From IMG/VR virus record IMGVR_UViG_2938709436_000001, positions 1-27,716 of that record: 27,716 nt of DNA. One strand, 5' to 3'. This document shows, in pieces, positions 16,443 through 24,640 of the stretch. The notes beneath the pieces are model-generated. The model searched no databases. It was given only the letters and a program-made list of their open reading frames with translations, and was not told where the DNA came from. Position 1 is the stretch's first letter. Every line of letters begins with the position of its first letter. The stretch is from a virus (taxonomy: Duplodnaviria > Heunggongvirae > Uroviricota > Caudoviricetes). The translations under genes were made by a program, and so were the position numbers.

Positions 16443-18830
16443 TTATTGAGGAACACCAAGGATTAGGTTGATGTTACCCATGTTCGCAGCTTCAATCTGC
16501 TGGTCGATCATGTTCTTCATTTCGCCTGCGTCGATTTTGATCGTGATCTCACCGCTTACAGGTTCAGTTGGAATCACCATCGGAGGTGCTCCTGCTCCGG
16601 CTGGCCCTGGAACCATTCCATTCTGGTTCAGATAATCAAGTCTGCGCTGGTCAGTCATTGATCTCTGTCCTGTAATGAAGTCCCAAGTTTGCCCCATCCA
16701 AGAATTTTTCTTGAGGTTGCCACCTGCCGTGGTTTCAGTTCCATAGGTTTTGTCGCTGTAGTCCTGTGCTTGGTCAAACACATAATCTCCAGCAATCATG
16801 CTCTCACCAGCAATAAGACCATAGAGGCCTAACCAACGAGCAGCCTTACCCATCTTACTGAAGCGTGGACCGCGTTTCTTCTTATTTTTTCCACCACCCT
16901 CTTCATCGTCATCGCCACCACCAAAAATGGTTTTCAGGAAACCGAGCGCACCAGAGAGGCCTGCAATCTTAGACAGGATGTTGAATACCCTGATAAGCGC
17001 AGAGGCAAAGAATAGAGCACCAATACCCCACCCAACCCATTTCCAGGCAGAGGATAGTTCTTCACCGTTCTTACGGAAGATCGGGATGTAACGCTCCATA
17101 ATACCCTGGATTAGGACGAAGGTGTTGTAGACGGTGTAGACCATCCACATGAACCCATCAGTGAACCCCTTAAAGAATTGACCAAGATTCTGAGCTAAAG
17201 GCCCATTAGAGTCAAGAATTTTTGAAAGTTCATTGAAAGCTTCGGTTAATGAATCACCAAAACCACTTGCAAACACCTTGTTCTGGAAGTCCATCCATGT
17301 CAGTGTTAGACGCTGCATTGCAACACGGTTACCTTTCAAAGCGGTCTGTAGAGCACCACCCTTGTTCGCAGCTTCAGAGTAATACTTGGCAACGAAAGGT
17401 AGAACTTTAGCTGCCTTCAACTCACCCTTCTGCATCATGTCGAGCATCTTGGTTACGTCGATGGTGGAGTCATTGAATGCCTCTTGAGAAGCCTTAATGA
17501 ACACCTGTAAAGAACCCGGAATACCTTCCGCAAGCTGTTGCTTAAGTTCTTCAGCCATGATCTGACCTTTACCCATCATCTGTTGAATCGCAGTAATACC
17601 ACGTTGGTATTTAACCGGGTCAACCTGTAGGGCTGTTGCATACTCAGAGAAGGACTTGAACAGTTCATCGTTCTGCGATTTACTCAGCACACCATCAGCG
17701 GCGATAGCCATCTGTGTGTATCCTTGAGCAGCTACTTTAAGGTCGAGACCCAAACGATAGGACTGATCACGAACAAACTTCATACGCTTACCAGCTTCTT
17801 CTGAGTTATCAGAAACCATCAACATGGTGGCTTCCATGCCCTGGAAGAACTGACCTGTTCTTACCACGCTTGCCGCTGCGTTGAAAGCTCCGTATGCAGC
17901 AGTAACACTAACAAGGGTGCTTCTCAGGTTTTTAAGTCCGTCTGTTAATGACAGGGTGTTCTGATTTGCTTTACGAAGTCCGGTCTCCATTGCAGCAAGT
18001 TCCGCACGGAAGTTTGAAGACTTCATGGTGTTGCTGTCAAGGAATCTTTCTTTCAGGGAGTCGAAACCCTTGAGTTTGGTTGCGTAGTTGTCACCATATT
18101 TTGCACGAAGACGTACAGAGGCGTTGGCTACAGTTGATTCTTTACCTGCAAGATAACGAGAGTAACGAAGGTCTTCTGCCTCTTGTTTCTTACGGGCTTG
18201 TTCACGAGCACGAAGTTGCTCTCTGGATGCTTTCTGCTGTTGGCGTTGGACCTGCTGTTGCATTGCACGGTTTTGACGTGCAATCAGTGCCGGGTCAGAT
18301 GCAGTACCACTACCAACCATGCCTGAAGCGTTTCCAGATTTAGAACGGCGAGCCAGTTCCTCTTGCAGAGCAGCTTGACGTGCGGCAGAGATAGCAGGGT
18401 TTGTACCATAACCACCACCCGTTTTTTCCATTTGACGTAGACGTGCTTTCAGTCCATTATAGTCAGCTTGGGATTCAGGTGAACGTTTGGATGTCAATTG
18501 AGCAACAGCTTGTTTTCTACGTGCTCTTTGGATCTTGTCAATTGCTTCACGAGCACGAGCCTCTTTCTTCGCCATAGCAATGTTATGGGCTGTGGTCTTT
18601 GCTTGTTCAGCACGTTCAGTTTGTTGCAGTCTTTTGTTGACAAGGCGAGCCTGCATTGCAGAACGCTTCAATGCTGCCGCTGGGTCTGACTTGCTGGCAG
18701 AGAATGCCTTACCAGCTTTTTCCCACTCAGTCTTCAAAGACTTCACAGCTTTCATGGCACGACCGAAGGAGGTCTTATCCACGTCCCATGTGACTTTGTT
18801 GACTGTCTGGGTTACAATAATGTTCGCCAT
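16443..18830 (-). CDS. Tape measure protein
   Basis: 795 aa, helical and Ala/Gln/Lys-rich; tape-measure domain (GITAIQQMMGKGQIMAEELKQQLAEGIPG); follows the tube and chaperone genes. Confidence 0.93.
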   Translation of the reverse strand: MANIIVTQTVNKVTWDVDKTSFGRAMKAVKSLKTEWEKAGKAFSASKSDPAAALKRSAMQARLVNKRLQQTERAEQAKTTAHNIAMAKKEARAREAIDKIQRARRKQAVAQLTSKRSPESQADYNGLKARLRQMEKTGGGYGTNPAISAARQAALQEELARRSKSGNASGMVGSGTASDPALIARQNRAMQQQVQRQQQKASREQLRAREQARKKQEAEDLRYSRYLAGKESTVANASVRLRAKYGDNYATKLKGFDSLKERFLDSNTMKSSNFRAELAAMETGLRKANQNTLSLTDGLKNLRSTLVSVTAAYGAFNAAASVVRTGQFFQGMEATMLMVSDNSEEAGKRMKFVRDQSYRLGLDLKVAAQGYTQMAIAADGVLSKSQNDELFKSFSEYATALQVDPVKYQRGITAIQQMMGKGQIMAEELKQQLAEGIPGSLQVFIKASQEAFNDSTIDVTKMLDMMQKGELKAAKVLPFVAKYYSEAANKGGALQTALKGNRVAMQRLTLTWMDFQNKVFASGFGDSLTEAFNELSKILDSNGPLAQNLGQFFKGFTDGFMWMVYTVYNTFVLIQGIMERYIPIFRKNGEELSSAWKWVGWGIGALFFASALIRVFNILSKIAGLSGALGFLKTIFGGGDDDEEGGGKNKKKRGPRFSKMGKAARWLGLYGLIAGESMIAGDYVFDQAQDYSDKTYGTETTAGGNLKKNSWMGQTWDFITGQRSMTDQRRLDYLNQNGMVPGPAGAGAPPMVIPTEPVSGEITIKIDAGEMKNMIDQQIEAANMGNINLILGVPQ

Positions 18831-18845
18831 TGATTTCCTCTCAAT

Positions 18846-18879
18846 AAAAAAGCCAGGTTCCCGAAAAGGAACCCGGCTT
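18846..18879 (-). terminator. Rho-independent terminator between chaperone and TMP
   Basis: AAGCCGGGTTCC-TTTTCG-GGAACCTGGC-TTTTTT (one G-U pair). Confidence 0.8.
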
Positions 18880-18883
18880 GAGA

Positions 18884-19264
18884 TTAACCTCTTCTACCAC
18901 GGCGCGGCTTGCTAGCGGCTTGAGCAGCTTTTGCTTTACTTTCTTCCTCTCTCTCATGGACATCGTTGACAAACTCTTCCACATCGAGAAACTCATTCAG
19001 CCTGAGCAGATAGGCCATATCCGCATGTTCAAGGGACATATAAGATTCCCCTTTGAAACTTTTCAGAGCACGACACCACAAGTAATCGAACCAAGTCAGT
19101 GAGCTATTTTTCTTTGCATACTCCATAGCCCTCAGGACGACTTTCGAAATTTTGGACGGTGTTACTCCGCTGCCACTTCCGTCGCCTGATCCACCGTATT
19201 CACTTGATGGGTCTGTCCCAGGCGTCCCAGAAGTCCCTGAAGGTCTGCGAAACCGTCTTTCGTG
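18884..19264 (-). CDS. Tail assembly chaperone frameshift extension (lambda gpGT-like); includes ORF 18884..19126
   Basis: The -1 frame is open from the slippery site (19264) to the stop at 18884 and contains the 80-aa ORF; predicted fusion about 250 aa. Confidence 0.75.
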   Translation of the reverse strand, partial: HERRFRRPSGTSGTPGTDPSSEYGGSGDGSGSGVTPSKISKVVLRAMEYAKKNSSLTWFDYLWCRALKSFKGESYMSLEHADMAYLLRLNEFLDVEEFVNDVHEREEESKAKAAQAASKPRRGRRG

Positions 19265-19635
19265 AAAAAACAGCCGTAGTTGATCTCCAGAACTTTAGCA
19301 ACAAGCTTAATGAGGTCTAACATTTTATCTTGGAACAGAGCGTCAATATCTACTTTACCCGCCATACCATCAACGGATACATCCTCAAGAATCAATGCGA
19401 AAAGTTTTTCGATATCATCTTGCTCCATCTGTTCAAAGAGGTATAGAATAGCAGTTGGGAGAGCGTCAGAGAGGTTCTGGCCTCCAGTCATCATGGAACC
19501 AGAGATGGTTGCCATAGGGACTGCTACATAACGACCGATCTTCGGAAGGTTTTTCATAACCTTGGAAGGAGACCAGTGTGTGATAACAAAGTTGTGACCT
19601 GCGAGGTCGATGTCAGTTGTTGGTCTGATATTCAT
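19162..19635 (-). CDS. Tail assembly chaperone (lambda gpG-like)
   Basis: 157 aa between tube and TMP; SD AGGAG. Confidence 0.85.
   Translation of the reverse strand: MNIRPTTDIDLAGHNFVITHWSPSKVMKNLPKIGRYVAVPMATISGSMMTGGQNLSDALPTAILYLFEQMEQDDIEKLFALILEDVSVDGMAGKVDIDALFQDKMLDLIKLVAKVLEINYGCFFTKDGFADLQGLLGRLGQTHQVNTVDQATEVAAE
19264..19270 (-). promoter_or_regulatory. -1 ribosomal frameshift slippery heptamer T TTT TTC
   Basis: Codons TGT TTT TTC (C122-F123-F124) give a heptamer in the X XXY YYZ register. Confidence 0.7.
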
Positions 19636-19710
19636 GTACGCTCCTGCGTCTTTGAGATTGAGAGATCCTTACGTGTTTGAAAGGCCACGTCCATGTGGCA
19701 CACGAAACAC

Positions 19711-20184
19711 TTATACGATACCTGCAAGACCAGCAAGACCGAAGCCTGCGGAAGACAGAGTATCTGGGCTTAACCAAGCGTCGAGGATACCGATTTCCCA
19801 GTCCATCTGGCCCACTTCTGTGCCGTAGGTCAGGTCTGGTTGTTTCTGAATCCAACCGATAGTGCTGAGACCCATACCCTGAGAACCTTCAAGAAGGACA
19901 GGGAAGAAGATCAGCCCGGTAATAGAAGCTTGTTTCTGCCAGTTTGCGAAGTTTCCGTTCCAAGAAGCGGTGTTCTGGAGGGAAACTGTCATAACACCAG
20001 ATTGGTTACGGGATAGTGCGGCAGACAGTTCACCATCAACCCCCATGTGGGGGATGATGTTATCTTCGTTACGAGCAACGACGATCTTGGTATCTGCGGC
20101 AAATCCGGTAACACGCTGAGTCATCAGGTATAGCTTGACTTTTTTAGGGTCGTAAGCATACGGTGTTAGGATAGCTGTATTCAT
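19711..20184 (-). CDS. Tail tube protein
   Basis: 157 aa right after the sheath; YDPKKV...VTGFA...HMGVDGE...TVSLQNTASWN pattern (DUF3277-like tube). Confidence 0.88.
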   Translation of the reverse strand: MNTAILTPYAYDPKKVKLYLMTQRVTGFAADTKIVVARNEDNIIPHMGVDGELSAALSRNQSGVMTVSLQNTASWNGNFANWQKQASITGLIFFPVLLEGSQGMGLSTIGWIQKQPDLTYGTEVGQMDWEIGILDAWLSPDTLSSAGFGLAGLAGIV

Positions 20185-20187
20185 TTA

Positions 20188-21600
20188 TTACACTCCTGCT
20201 GTTACAGTCTGACCGTTTCCGGAACTAGACCCTGTTTTATCTAACAGAACGGTCATGCGGATCTTAACGAAGTGCAGTGGTGTGTTGTACACAAGTTCCA
20301 CTTTCACGTTGTTCAGAGTACGAGCAGCCAGATCGTTAGTCGGGATGTTTGCACGAAGCGGGATAGTGATCACCGGATCGTAGAACACTTTGTTAACGTC
20401 ATCGTATCCGGTCAGGATAGAACCGTTAGCGATACCTACGTTGATAGGGTTGTTCAGCATCACAGACTTCAGGTTTGGCAGATCGTCATCACTCATCTTC
20501 ATGGACAGGCCCTGATTAGAACGACGAGACATGTAGCCGAACACGCTTTCTTCTGTGCGGAATTTCAGCCAGTGACCGAAACGAACAACGTCAACATAGT
20601 TGCCGGAAGCACATTTGCCTTCGTAGAAGGAACCAACACCGTTAATCATACGGTAGAAGTTCAGGTTCTGACCCCAAATGGTCATACGGTCTGTTGCGCT
20701 CAGAACTGGAGCGATAACACCTTCCATAGTCTTCAGGTGAATAGAGTCACCATAAGAAGGATCGTTGGAAGCCATTGCACCGATGATACCACCTTCGGAG
20801 AACGCGCTATCCGCAAGCGGATCGTACATACCGATAGAGGTGTCGTACTGAAGAGCTTTCAGTTGGTTTGCAATAGAGTTGCTACCCGCTGTTTTAACCA
20901 GTTCGTCAGCAGTTGCATAGACGTGCAGCTTGTAGTTAGCAGCAGCGAATGATGCAGCAGCCAGAATGGATGCGTTAGTGTGAGATTCGGTGCTCAGGAA
21001 GTACCAGTTCTCAGTTGCAGTCAGGATCTGAGGAAGAACAGAGGATACAGTTTCACTTGAAGTGTTGCTGATTACCATGTTTCCGCTGTCGCGACCGACG
21101 CTGAATGCACCACCGTTCTTAGGAACGATTGTCACCACACCTGCGCTTGCAGTTGCAGTCAAAACAGTGGTCAGGGTTGCATCACTGTTCAGAGATGCTG
21201 CCAGAGCGGTAGCAATACTTGTTGGTGTAGATGCACCAGTTACCGCCACGATGACACTGGTCTGATAAGCACCAGAAACTACGTTCAGGGCTACAGGAGC
21301 GTCAGGGTCGGTATTGACCTGTCCGGTGAAGTCCACGATGGTGTTAGTAAAGCCTTGACGACCAACCATCAGGTACTGAGGACGGAATGTTCCAGCGAAT
21401 GCTTTTGTTGCGAAGACATAAGCTGGGGAACCTGGAGCGAATCCATCATCTACTAGCTGATCGAGTTCGGTATAAGCGCGAAAACGTTCAGGGAAGACGT
21501 TGTGGATAGCCAGGAACAGCGGGGTTTCAAACCCTTTGGTGTCGATTGGTTGAGTACCAAGCGCGACTGTTACGTCAACCACCTTATCATTATAAGCCAT
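20188..21600 (-). CDS. Tail sheath protein
   Basis: 470 aa; DUF3383-type sheath motifs (ENWYF, GKCASGNYVDVVRFGHWL); SD GAGG. Confidence 0.92.
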   Translation of the reverse strand: MAYNDKVVDVTVALGTQPIDTKGFETPLFLAIHNVFPERFRAYTELDQLVDDGFAPGSPAYVFATKAFAGTFRPQYLMVGRQGFTNTIVDFTGQVNTDPDAPVALNVVSGAYQTSVIVAVTGASTPTSIATALAASLNSDATLTTVLTATASAGVVTIVPKNGGAFSVGRDSGNMVISNTSSETVSSVLPQILTATENWYFLSTESHTNASILAAASFAAANYKLHVYATADELVKTAGSNSIANQLKALQYDTSIGMYDPLADSAFSEGGIIGAMASNDPSYGDSIHLKTMEGVIAPVLSATDRMTIWGQNLNFYRMINGVGSFYEGKCASGNYVDVVRFGHWLKFRTEESVFGYMSRRSNQGLSMKMSDDDLPNLKSVMLNNPINVGIANGSILTGYDDVNKVFYDPVITIPLRANIPTNDLAARTLNNVKVELVYNTPLHFVKIRMTVLLDKTGSSSGNGQTVTAGV

Positions 21601-21620
21601 CGGTTTCCTCTTCTTTATTT

Positions 21621-21714
21621 CTGTACATACAGTTATTGACCAGCACCTCGTTGTGCTGTATTATGAGGGCCGAAGCCCTCTTATACGATCACTAATAAGC
21701 GAGAGCTTATCAAT
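21621..21714 (-). other. Structured intergenic leader of the sheath gene (four tandem hairpins)
   Basis: Inverted repeats at 21691-21714, 21665-21680 (UUCG loop), 21641-21658 and 21621-21632. Confidence 0.55.
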
Positions 21715-21730
21715 AACCGAGTGGTTTTCT

Positions 21731-22261
21731 TTAATCTTGGGCCGGGAATTGATAAACGATTTGAGCGTTGATCTTCTCCAGGTCCTCGAAAGATCCGGTA
21801 TCTGTTTCGATGAAGCATACGTTGAACGTAATCAGCACCACAGCACGGTTTTCGAACTTCTGCACGTTCAATGGGACTCTCAAACGAGAAATCGTCGAAG
21901 AGGATGAGTATGCAAAAGGAGAGTTGGTTGGAAAATATTTATCGTAAATGAACGGTAAGTTCATCGCCTGTAGCACCCTGCTTAAAGCATTGGGGGCCTT
22001 GCCACGGTAAGCTGTCAGAGTATACACAACCTCATAGTTGTGAACTGTCGTAGCGTTTCCGTTTACATCAAGCCCCTCATCAGATTGCCAGTCAAGCTGG
22101 TCAACTGCTGTTAGGTCTACAAGAATGAATTCACCATCAATTTTAGGGATCTCATCCTCTCCTGCCAGAACTACCTTTCGGCCTGTAGTCTCTTTACAAA
22201 AAGAACCAACCGTTTTGGTAAGAGCATCAAAGATCTCATCGGAATTGGTGAATCCTGCCAT
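21731..22261 (-). CDS. Tail terminator/completion protein
   Basis: 176 aa, last neck gene before the sheath; beta-rich HNYEVVYTLTAY...FENRAVVLITFNV. Confidence 0.7.
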   Translation of the reverse strand: MAGFTNSDEIFDALTKTVGSFCKETTGRKVVLAGEDEIPKIDGEFILVDLTAVDQLDWQSDEGLDVNGNATTVHNYEVVYTLTAYRGKAPNALSRVLQAMNLPFIYDKYFPTNSPFAYSSSSTISRLRVPLNVQKFENRAVVLITFNVCFIETDTGSFEDLEKINAQIVYQFPAQD

Positions 22262-22698
22262 TAAATTCCTCCGTTTGTTCCTTCAGGAACAGACACCACG
22301 TAAGCGCGGAAACGTGCAACACCTGTGGTCTGATATGCATCAGACTTGATCACGGTGAACCACACCATTTCCCCACGGGAATTCATCAGCTTAATTTGGT
22401 CAGCAAGTTCATTAGAACCTTCCACCGGACCGCGTAGCATCACTGAAGAGTACACGGTGAAGGAGTCATATTGTCTCCCACCTTCCTGCATCAGTTGAGA
22501 TGTGTAATCTCGTGCGGCCTTACCAGTAAGCGGCTGAACAACGCATTCAAGGACATCAAACTCTTCATAGTCGATTTGGATGCCTTGGTTTTCAAATGGG
22601 TTGTCCATATCCACTTTGGCGTATTCTCTGTGTCGTCCAACAAATGTTGGTCGCGGGATCAGTTTGTTTCTACCAATAAGTCTGTAACCTTGAGCCAT
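22261..22698 (-). CDS. Head closure/stopper protein
   Basis: 145 aa in the neck cluster; CVVQPLTG...EGGRQYDSFTVYS pattern; TAATG overlaps with both neighbours. Confidence 0.65.
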   Translation of the reverse strand: MAQGYRLIGRNKLIPRPTFVGRHREYAKVDMDNPFENQGIQIDYEEFDVLECVVQPLTGKAARDYTSQLMQEGGRQYDSFTVYSSVMLRGPVEGSNELADQIKLMNSRGEMVWFTVIKSDAYQTTGVARFRAYVVSVPEGTNGGI

Positions 22699-23180
22699 TA
22701 TACCCCCGAATCTTTACCTTTTGAAATTCTGAATGTTGTGGACTCTTTGAGGTCTCCATAGTGGAACATTGCCTCTTTGAATCCCTTGACATCAGCCCAG
22801 GCATCAGATACTGTGTTGTGAGGGAAAAGTCCGGTGTCGATCACGAATTGGATTTTTCTCGCCCCGGCTTTACCAATCCTGTTGAGGATCGGGGTCAGGT
22901 TCTGACCACCCATTGCGAGATATGCAAACAGATCTTTTTGTAGTTTGTTCAGTTCCTTGTTAAAGGCAACTGCGGCACTGGTCATGAATGTACGAGCAGG
23001 TAGCCCGTTCCAGCCCTCTTGGTGAATCGCTGCGAGAGTCGCAGTATTAAGACCTGAGTAGTGAGGGTCATCATAGTAACCGTATGATACTTGACGATAA
23101 TCAAGCACTTTGGTTGCCTTATAAAAGTTCTCTAACTGGCTCAGATCTTGCTTACTTGTGAATTTTGGTCTCATAGCCAC
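22698..23180 (-). CDS. Neck/tail completion protein (HK97 gp10-like)
   Basis: About 160 aa; LAAIHQEG...LPARTFM and HYGDLKES motifs. Start could be GTG 23180 or ATG 23174. Confidence 0.7.
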   Translation of the reverse strand: MAMRPKFTSKQDLSQLENFYKATKVLDYRQVSYGYYDDPHYSGLNTATLAAIHQEGWNGLPARTFMTSAAVAFNKELNKLQKDLFAYLAMGGQNLTPILNRIGKAGARKIQFVIDTGLFPHNTVSDAWADVKGFKEAMFHYGDLKESTTFRISKGKDSGV

Positions 23181-23192
23181 ATCCGTTTAGGT

Positions 23193-23221
23193 ATTTTACC
23201 ACATTATCTTAGCAAAATCAA
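23193..23221 (-). promoter_or_regulatory. sigma70-like promoter for neck and tail genes
   Basis: -35 TTGATT, 17 bp, extended -10 TGgTAAAAT. Confidence 0.55.
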
Positions 23222-23239
23222 CGATCAAGCTAAGGATAA

Positions 23240-23758
23240 TTAACGAGGCCAGCGGTGAGGGTATCTACGAGGGATTCCCGGTACACCAGTCTGGGGTACA
23301 ATGCCTGCAACATCGAAAGGACCTCTTGAGTTTGGATTCCTTTTAACGCGAAGATATTCATCTTGACGGACACCGCCAACAATGACTAAGCTTGATACCG
23401 CGCTGAGGCAATCATTCACATAATCCGGGTTAGCTTGCAGCCAGTCTAGGAAGTCTTTCCAGTTCTGGTATGTAGATCCACCCTTGACCTGGATAGTCTC
23501 GTCACCGATCTTTTCCAGACGTTCTGTGATAGATGCTTCACCAGAGTTAACTTCTTGCAGGATTAACCAACGAACGACATCCACCATCGTGTTATAGATA
23601 ACACGCCACATGTCGCAAGGGGTTGCATCAGGATTAGGCCACCCGGCCTTTACCTTTTCGATTGCAAGGAATGCCAGAATTGTTTCATCAGGCAAGACCT
23701 CTGGAGGAATTGACCCAAGGAGCAGTCGAATGTAATCAATAATTTCTTGGTCTGTCAT
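23240..23758 (-). CDS. Head-tail adaptor protein
   Basis: 172 aa, helical N-terminus; first gene of the neck cluster; SD AGGAG. Confidence 0.7.
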   Translation of the reverse strand: MTDQEIIDYIRLLLGSIPPEVLPDETILAFLAIEKVKAGWPNPDATPCDMWRVIYNTMVDVVRWLILQEVNSGEASITERLEKIGDETIQVKGGSTYQNWKDFLDWLQANPDYVNDCLSAVSSLVIVGGVRQDEYLRVKRNPNSRGPFDVAGIVPQTGVPGIPRRYPHRWPR

Positions 23759-23794
23759 TTTCGCTCCTGTTGGATTGCTCTTCTATTAATCAAT

Positions 23795-23823
23795 ATCTTA
23801 TCATAAAAGATTCTATTTGTCAT
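23795..23823 (-). promoter_or_regulatory. sigma70-like promoter for the adaptor gene
   Basis: -35 ATGACA, 17 bp, extended -10 TGaTAAGAT. Confidence 0.6.
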
Positions 23824-23832
23824 TAAAAACGC

Positions 23833-23860
23833 TTGACAGACTGATCTAATGTGTTATCGT
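23833..23860 (+). promoter_or_regulatory. sigma70-like promoter for the plus-strand gene
   Basis: Perfect -35 TTGACA, 16 bp, extended -10 TGtTATCGT; SD AGGAG downstream. Confidence 0.6.
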
Positions 23861-23892
23861 AATGGTAATTAACGAATACAGGAGAACATTTT

Positions 23893-24297
23893 ATGAAGAA
23901 TACTAAGGGAATTGTTGCATTGGTTGTTGGTGCTGTTGTTGCAGCTTTGGTCACTACCACCTACATCATGAAACACCCAGATCAAGATAACCTGCGATCT
24001 ATAGAGACAAGCTGGTTATCAAAAGAAGAAAAGACAGCAAGCATTCATCGTCTTGTACGCCTATCTTGTGATCAAGCATTTCGTAAGGCATTCAAACCGG
24101 GTGTGTCTGTAGTGCAAACCGGGGAGATGAACGAGATCACGGAGCAAACAGAAGGGTATCAATATTTGAATGATGTTGCAATCCTGTATGGGACCAAGGG
24201 TTTTAAAGGGGCATACATCTGCACATATTACAAAGATGGTAAAGAGCCAATGGTAAACGTGAACATGGAAGCGGGTGTTAAGCCTCTCCTAAAATAA
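23893..24297 (+). CDS. Membrane-anchored protein of unknown function (only plus-strand gene)
   Basis: 134 aa; basic N-terminus, one TM/signal anchor, soluble domain with two Cys; own promoter and SD; fills an otherwise empty gap. Confidence 0.85.
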   Translation: MKNTKGIVALVVGAVVAALVTTTYIMKHPDQDNLRSIETSWLSKEEKTASIHRLVRLSCDQAFRKAFKPGVSVVQTGEMNEITEQTEGYQYLNDVAILYGTKGFKGAYICTYYKDGKEPMVNVNMEAGVKPLLK

Positions 24298-24317
24298 AAG
24301 GCCCCGAAGGGCCTCTT
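24292..24317. terminator. Terminator between convergent genes (stronger on minus strand)
   Basis: Minus: AGGCCC-TTCG-GGGCCT-TTTATTTT; plus-strand tail is only TCTT. Confidence 0.7.
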
Positions 24318-24319
24318 GA

Positions 24320-24619
24320 TTACGCCATGATACCAGCGGCTTTAAGTTTTGCAAGCAGGGCGTTGAAGTCAGTAACCAGACAAGCGGCATCAGATGCTGT
24401 GCTGTTTGCCTGAGTTGCTGCCATCTTAACACCACCAACTACGGTTGTGGTTGCTGCCACAGGTGCGAAAGTGGTTGGTTTGCCTGTGATGTCGGCCCAA
24501 GCTACTGAACCACCGCCACCAGATCCTGAGATAATATCAGCAACGCTGATTGATTGTCCAGTACCAAGGTCGATGAGTTTAGTTGCGTAAAGCAGACCAG
24601 CTACACCAGAAGTTGCCAT
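24320..24619 (-). CDS. Head fibre protein (phi29 gp8.5 head-fibre-like C-terminus)
   Basis: AATTTVVGGVKMAA...DFNALLAKLKAAGIMA matches the recalled head-fibre family motif; WADITGKP repeat. Confidence 0.75.
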   Translation of the reverse strand: MATSGVAGLLYATKLIDLGTGQSISVADIISGSGGGGSVAWADITGKPTTFAPVAATTTVVGGVKMAATQANSTASDAACLVTDFNALLAKLKAAGIMA

Positions 24620-24640
24620 ATTTTATTTCTCCTTTAGAGG

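Noticed and set aside
18884-19126. 80-aa ORF as a stand-alone gene
   Set aside because: Poorly spaced SD and a stop-free -1 frame back to a slippery heptamer favour a frameshift extension; independent initiation is not fully excluded.
20272-20952. 226-aa plus-strand ORF inside the sheath gene
   Set aside because: In-register antisense shadow of a strongly codon-biased gene.
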